From the IMG/VR virus record IMGVR_UViG_2851976983_000003: 45,144 nucleotides of DNA. The stretch is one strand, 5' to 3'. The position numbers and the translations under genes are program-made. Of the stretch, positions 43,097 through 45,144 are shown piece after piece. Below the pieces are notes generated by a model. The model searched no databases. It saw nothing but the letters and a program-made list of their open reading frames with translations, and had not been told where the DNA came from. This DNA comes from a virus (taxonomy: Duplodnaviria; Heunggongvirae; Uroviricota; Caudoviricetes). Each line of letters begins with the position of its first letter. Positions within the stretch are counted from its first letter, which is position 1.

Positions 43097-43320
43097 GAAT
43101 CACTCTTCCTTTCGCTCTGAGTGGTATCCTTCTTTTTGTAAAGCTCTGGGTCCAAAGATAATTTTCCCTTGGAGTATGCAGCAGCTTCCGCAGCTCTCCC
43201 TTTCGGAACTATTTCACCGGGGCGCTTACGCCACATGTAAATAGCTTCGCGGGTTATCCCATAAAAATCAGCGACCCTCTGAACAGAGCCAAAAAACTGA
43301 ACAAGTTCATCAACTCGCAT
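43093..43320 (-). CDS. cro: Cro-like HTH repressor
   Basis: 75 aa; divergent from cI across an operator-containing intergenic region; HTH-like FYGITREAIYMWRKR. Confidence 0.7.
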   Translation of the reverse strand: MRVDELVQFFGSVQRVADFYGITREAIYMWRKRPGEIVPKGRAAEAAAYSKGKLSLDPELYKKKDTTQSERKSDS

Positions 43321-43416
43321 TTCACCCTCCTAAAATCTAAGTATTTTTAGATTACAGGATAATTTTTTTTAGGTCAATGCAATCTAAAATAATTTATATT
43401 CAACTCGCGGGAGAAA
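43321..43416. promoter_or_regulatory. Immunity-region OR/PR/PRM intergenic region with operator-like palindromes
   Basis: Palindrome aatctaa-gtattt-ttagatt (43334-43353) and a related partial site gcaatctaaaataatttat; cI and cro diverge from this region. Confidence 0.5.
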
Positions 43417-44064
43417 ATGATGGAAAGCCTTGGCATCAGGCTTAAGAAACTCAGAAAAGATAAGGGACTCACCCAAGTAGAACTGGGTAAGCTTTCAGGC
43501 GTGACTGGGGTTACTATAGGGTACTGGGAGAAAGATCTAAACGAACCCGGCAGCAAAGCTCTAAGTAAGTTAGCCCAAGCATTAGGAACTACTGAGTCCT
43601 ATCTCCTGTATGGAGTATCGTCTCCTGAACTATCTTTTGTGCAGAACAATCCAGGCACCAAGATCCCCTACCTTTCGTGGGGTGACGCGATTTCTTTCCT
43701 AATCTTAGAAGGAGAGAAAACAATGGGAAATGTCGATAGGATCACCACATTCTTTGATGTAGTGGAAGGTGATTTTGCCGTTTCAATGCCTGATGACACT
43801 ATGCATAACCCCTCAGGGTCGCCAAGTATCCCAGTTGGTGCCACTGTGATCCTAAGACCAAGAGAAAGTTATAAAAATGGCAGTATCGTCGCTGTAATAG
43901 TTCCAGATCCTCTTACAAATGAACCGTCTATGACTATAAAAAAATTAGTTATTGATGGAAAACTTGTGTATTTAAGTCCTCTCAATCCGCGCTATCAATC
44001 ATCCTTGCTTACGCCAGAGTGTAAAATTGTTGCCGTAGCAAAAGGTGTACAGTTCAACCTATAA
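43417..44064 (+). CDS. cI: CI-like prophage repressor (HTH_XRE N-terminal domain + LexA-like S24 peptidase domain)
   Basis: 215 aa; HTH LTQVELGKLSGVTGVTIGYWE; S24 motifs GDFAVSM (Ser) and KKLVIDGK (Lys). Confidence 0.9.
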   Translation: MMESLGIRLKKLRKDKGLTQVELGKLSGVTGVTIGYWEKDLNEPGSKALSKLAQALGTTESYLLYGVSSPELSFVQNNPGTKIPYLSWGDAISFLILEGEKTMGNVDRITTFFDVVEGDFAVSMPDDTMHNPSGSPSIPVGATVILRPRESYKNGSIVAVIVPDPLTNEPSMTIKKLVIDGKLVYLSPLNPRYQSSLLTPECKIVAVAKGVQFNL

Positions 44065-44087
44065 CCCTGCCATGTTCTTGAACTTAA

Positions 44088-44112
44088 GGTCGGTTATGCC
44101 GACCTTTTTTTT
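44088..44112 (+). terminator. Rho-independent terminator downstream of cI
   Basis: ggtcgg-ttatg-ccgacc followed by TTTTTTTT. Confidence 0.65.
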
Positions 44113-44119
44113 AAATTAA

Positions 44120-44165
44120 TTTAGATTCCTCTTGACTATAAAACTAAATACTTTTAGATTTATAG
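44120..44165 (+). promoter_or_regulatory. Candidate PL/OL-type promoter-operator region
   Basis: -35 TTGACT (44132-44137), 17-bp spacer, -10 TAGATT (44155-44160); overlaps operator-like sequences related to the OR palindrome (ttagatt…aaatacttttagattt). Confidence 0.4.
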
Positions 44166-44260
44166 TATGCCAACCCACCCCGCCCCACAGAACGCCGGGC
44201 AATACTTCGAGTTACCAGGCAGTGGTCAGGGGGTAAGTAGCCAGCCCGAGGCGTAAGAAC

Positions 44261-44494
44261 ATGACGGCAGGGTTCAACTTTAATAACTATGCAGCAGGTT
44301 TTTGTTCCGCTACCCCGGCGTTAAGGGGAAATGAGGTCAGCATGGATACTATCGATCTTGGCAACAACGAATCTCTGGTGTGCGGCGTGTTTCCCAACCA
44401 GGACGGCACGTTCACCGCGATGACGTATACCAAAAGCAAAACGTTTAAAACCGAAGCTGGCGCGCATCGCTGGTTAGCAAGAAACTCTGACTGA
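44261..44494 (+). CDS. Hypothetical small protein (first gene downstream of cI; not N-like)
   Basis: 77-aa ORF (possible shorter form from MDTIDLG…); not Arg-rich; stop overlaps the next gene's start (ATGA at 44494). Confidence 0.35.
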   Translation: MTAGFNFNNYAAGFCSATPALRGNEVSMDTIDLGNNESLVCGVFPNQDGTFTAMTYTKSKTFKTEAGAHRWLARNSD

Positions 44495-45144
44495 TGAGGT
44501 TGACGATGGAATTTAAAGATTTACCTACTTCAATCCAGGAGATTGCAGCACACACACTTCGTCATCGTCTGAACGAACTTGCATTGGAATCGGTAACGAA
44601 AAAAGACACTGATAATATGGCTCGTAATGTGCGCGATGCGTTTACCGGATTGTATTTCTGTGCGTCTGTAAATAAACACGACTCAGATAGTGTGGCAAAT
44701 AAAATTGCAGAAACGACAGCGCAAAACATCAATACGAAACCAACGGAAGAAGAAATTGATCAGTTTGCTCATGATGCTGGTTTAAAAAACAAGAAAGAAA
44801 AATCGCCATATGCGGGGAACATGTTTGTTTATGACAATCTCATCAGAATTCGTGGCGAAATTCCGGCGGAATACCTGGCAAGAGTCCATCAGGCATTGCT
44901 TAAAAATCTGGAAACAGAATTATTTGATGGCAACACTAACGGTTTCTTCATGGTATCAGGCCTTGAGAAAGACTGGGATGCAGAAAAACGCTGGAATGTT
45001 GCCACATGGTTATTCAGTAACAGAGCCGCTGCCCTGGAAGCTTCGGCATGTATTTGCGGCCTGTTCTTAACAGACCACAAATATAATCTGGATGTGTACA
45101 GTTATATTTACGCTGAACACGGTCCGCTCTGGATTGACTGGTAA
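44494..45144 (+). CDS. Hypothetical protein (216 aa), translationally coupled to the preceding ORF
   Basis: Complete ORF ending at the last base of the window; no recognisable catalytic motif. Confidence 0.45.
   Translation: MRLTMEFKDLPTSIQEIAAHTLRHRLNELALESVTKKDTDNMARNVRDAFTGLYFCASVNKHDSDSVANKIAETTAQNINTKPTEEEIDQFAHDAGLKNKKEKSPYAGNMFVYDNLIRIRGEIPAEYLARVHQALLKNLETELFDGNTNGFFMVSGLEKDWDAEKRWNVATWLFSNRAAALEASACICGLFLTDHKYNLDVYSYIYAEHGPLWIDW

Noticed and set aside
44261-44494. N antiterminator as the first early-left gene
   Set aside because: The translation is not Arg-rich and lacks an N-like RNA-binding ARM motif; left as a hypothetical protein.

Overview
This window is almost an entire lambda-like (cos-packaging) prophage, read mainly on the minus strand from high to low coordinates. 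Order: immunity region (cI +, cro -, CII/YdaT-like), replication genes (O-like, DnaC-like), a nin-like region (hypotheticals, hok type I toxin, IS629 insertion, lipoprotein, DUF968, RusA, Q-like), an AT-rich moron encoding a Hanks-type Ser/Thr kinase plus PP2C phosphatase, an orphan DNA methyltransferase, a tightly packed 4-tRNA array, a non-lambda lysis cassette, cos, then a lambda-colinear morphogenesis block (nu1-A-W-B-C/Nu3-D-E-FI-FII-Z-U-V-G/T-H-M-L-K-I-J), lom, and a side-tail-fibre module. The stf gene is split by an IS21-family (IS100-like) element and carries a G-segment-like invertible cassette whose pin invertase is truncated. No integrase, attachment site, stx genes or CRISPR array is visible. 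The most interesting candidate for an undescribed system is the translationally coupled kinase/PP2C pair sitting where Stx phages carry stx; next are the two unknown genes just downstream of cI and the methyltransferase-like moron beside the truncated pin. All identifications rest on my reading of the translated ORFs and nucleotide motifs; no database search was run.
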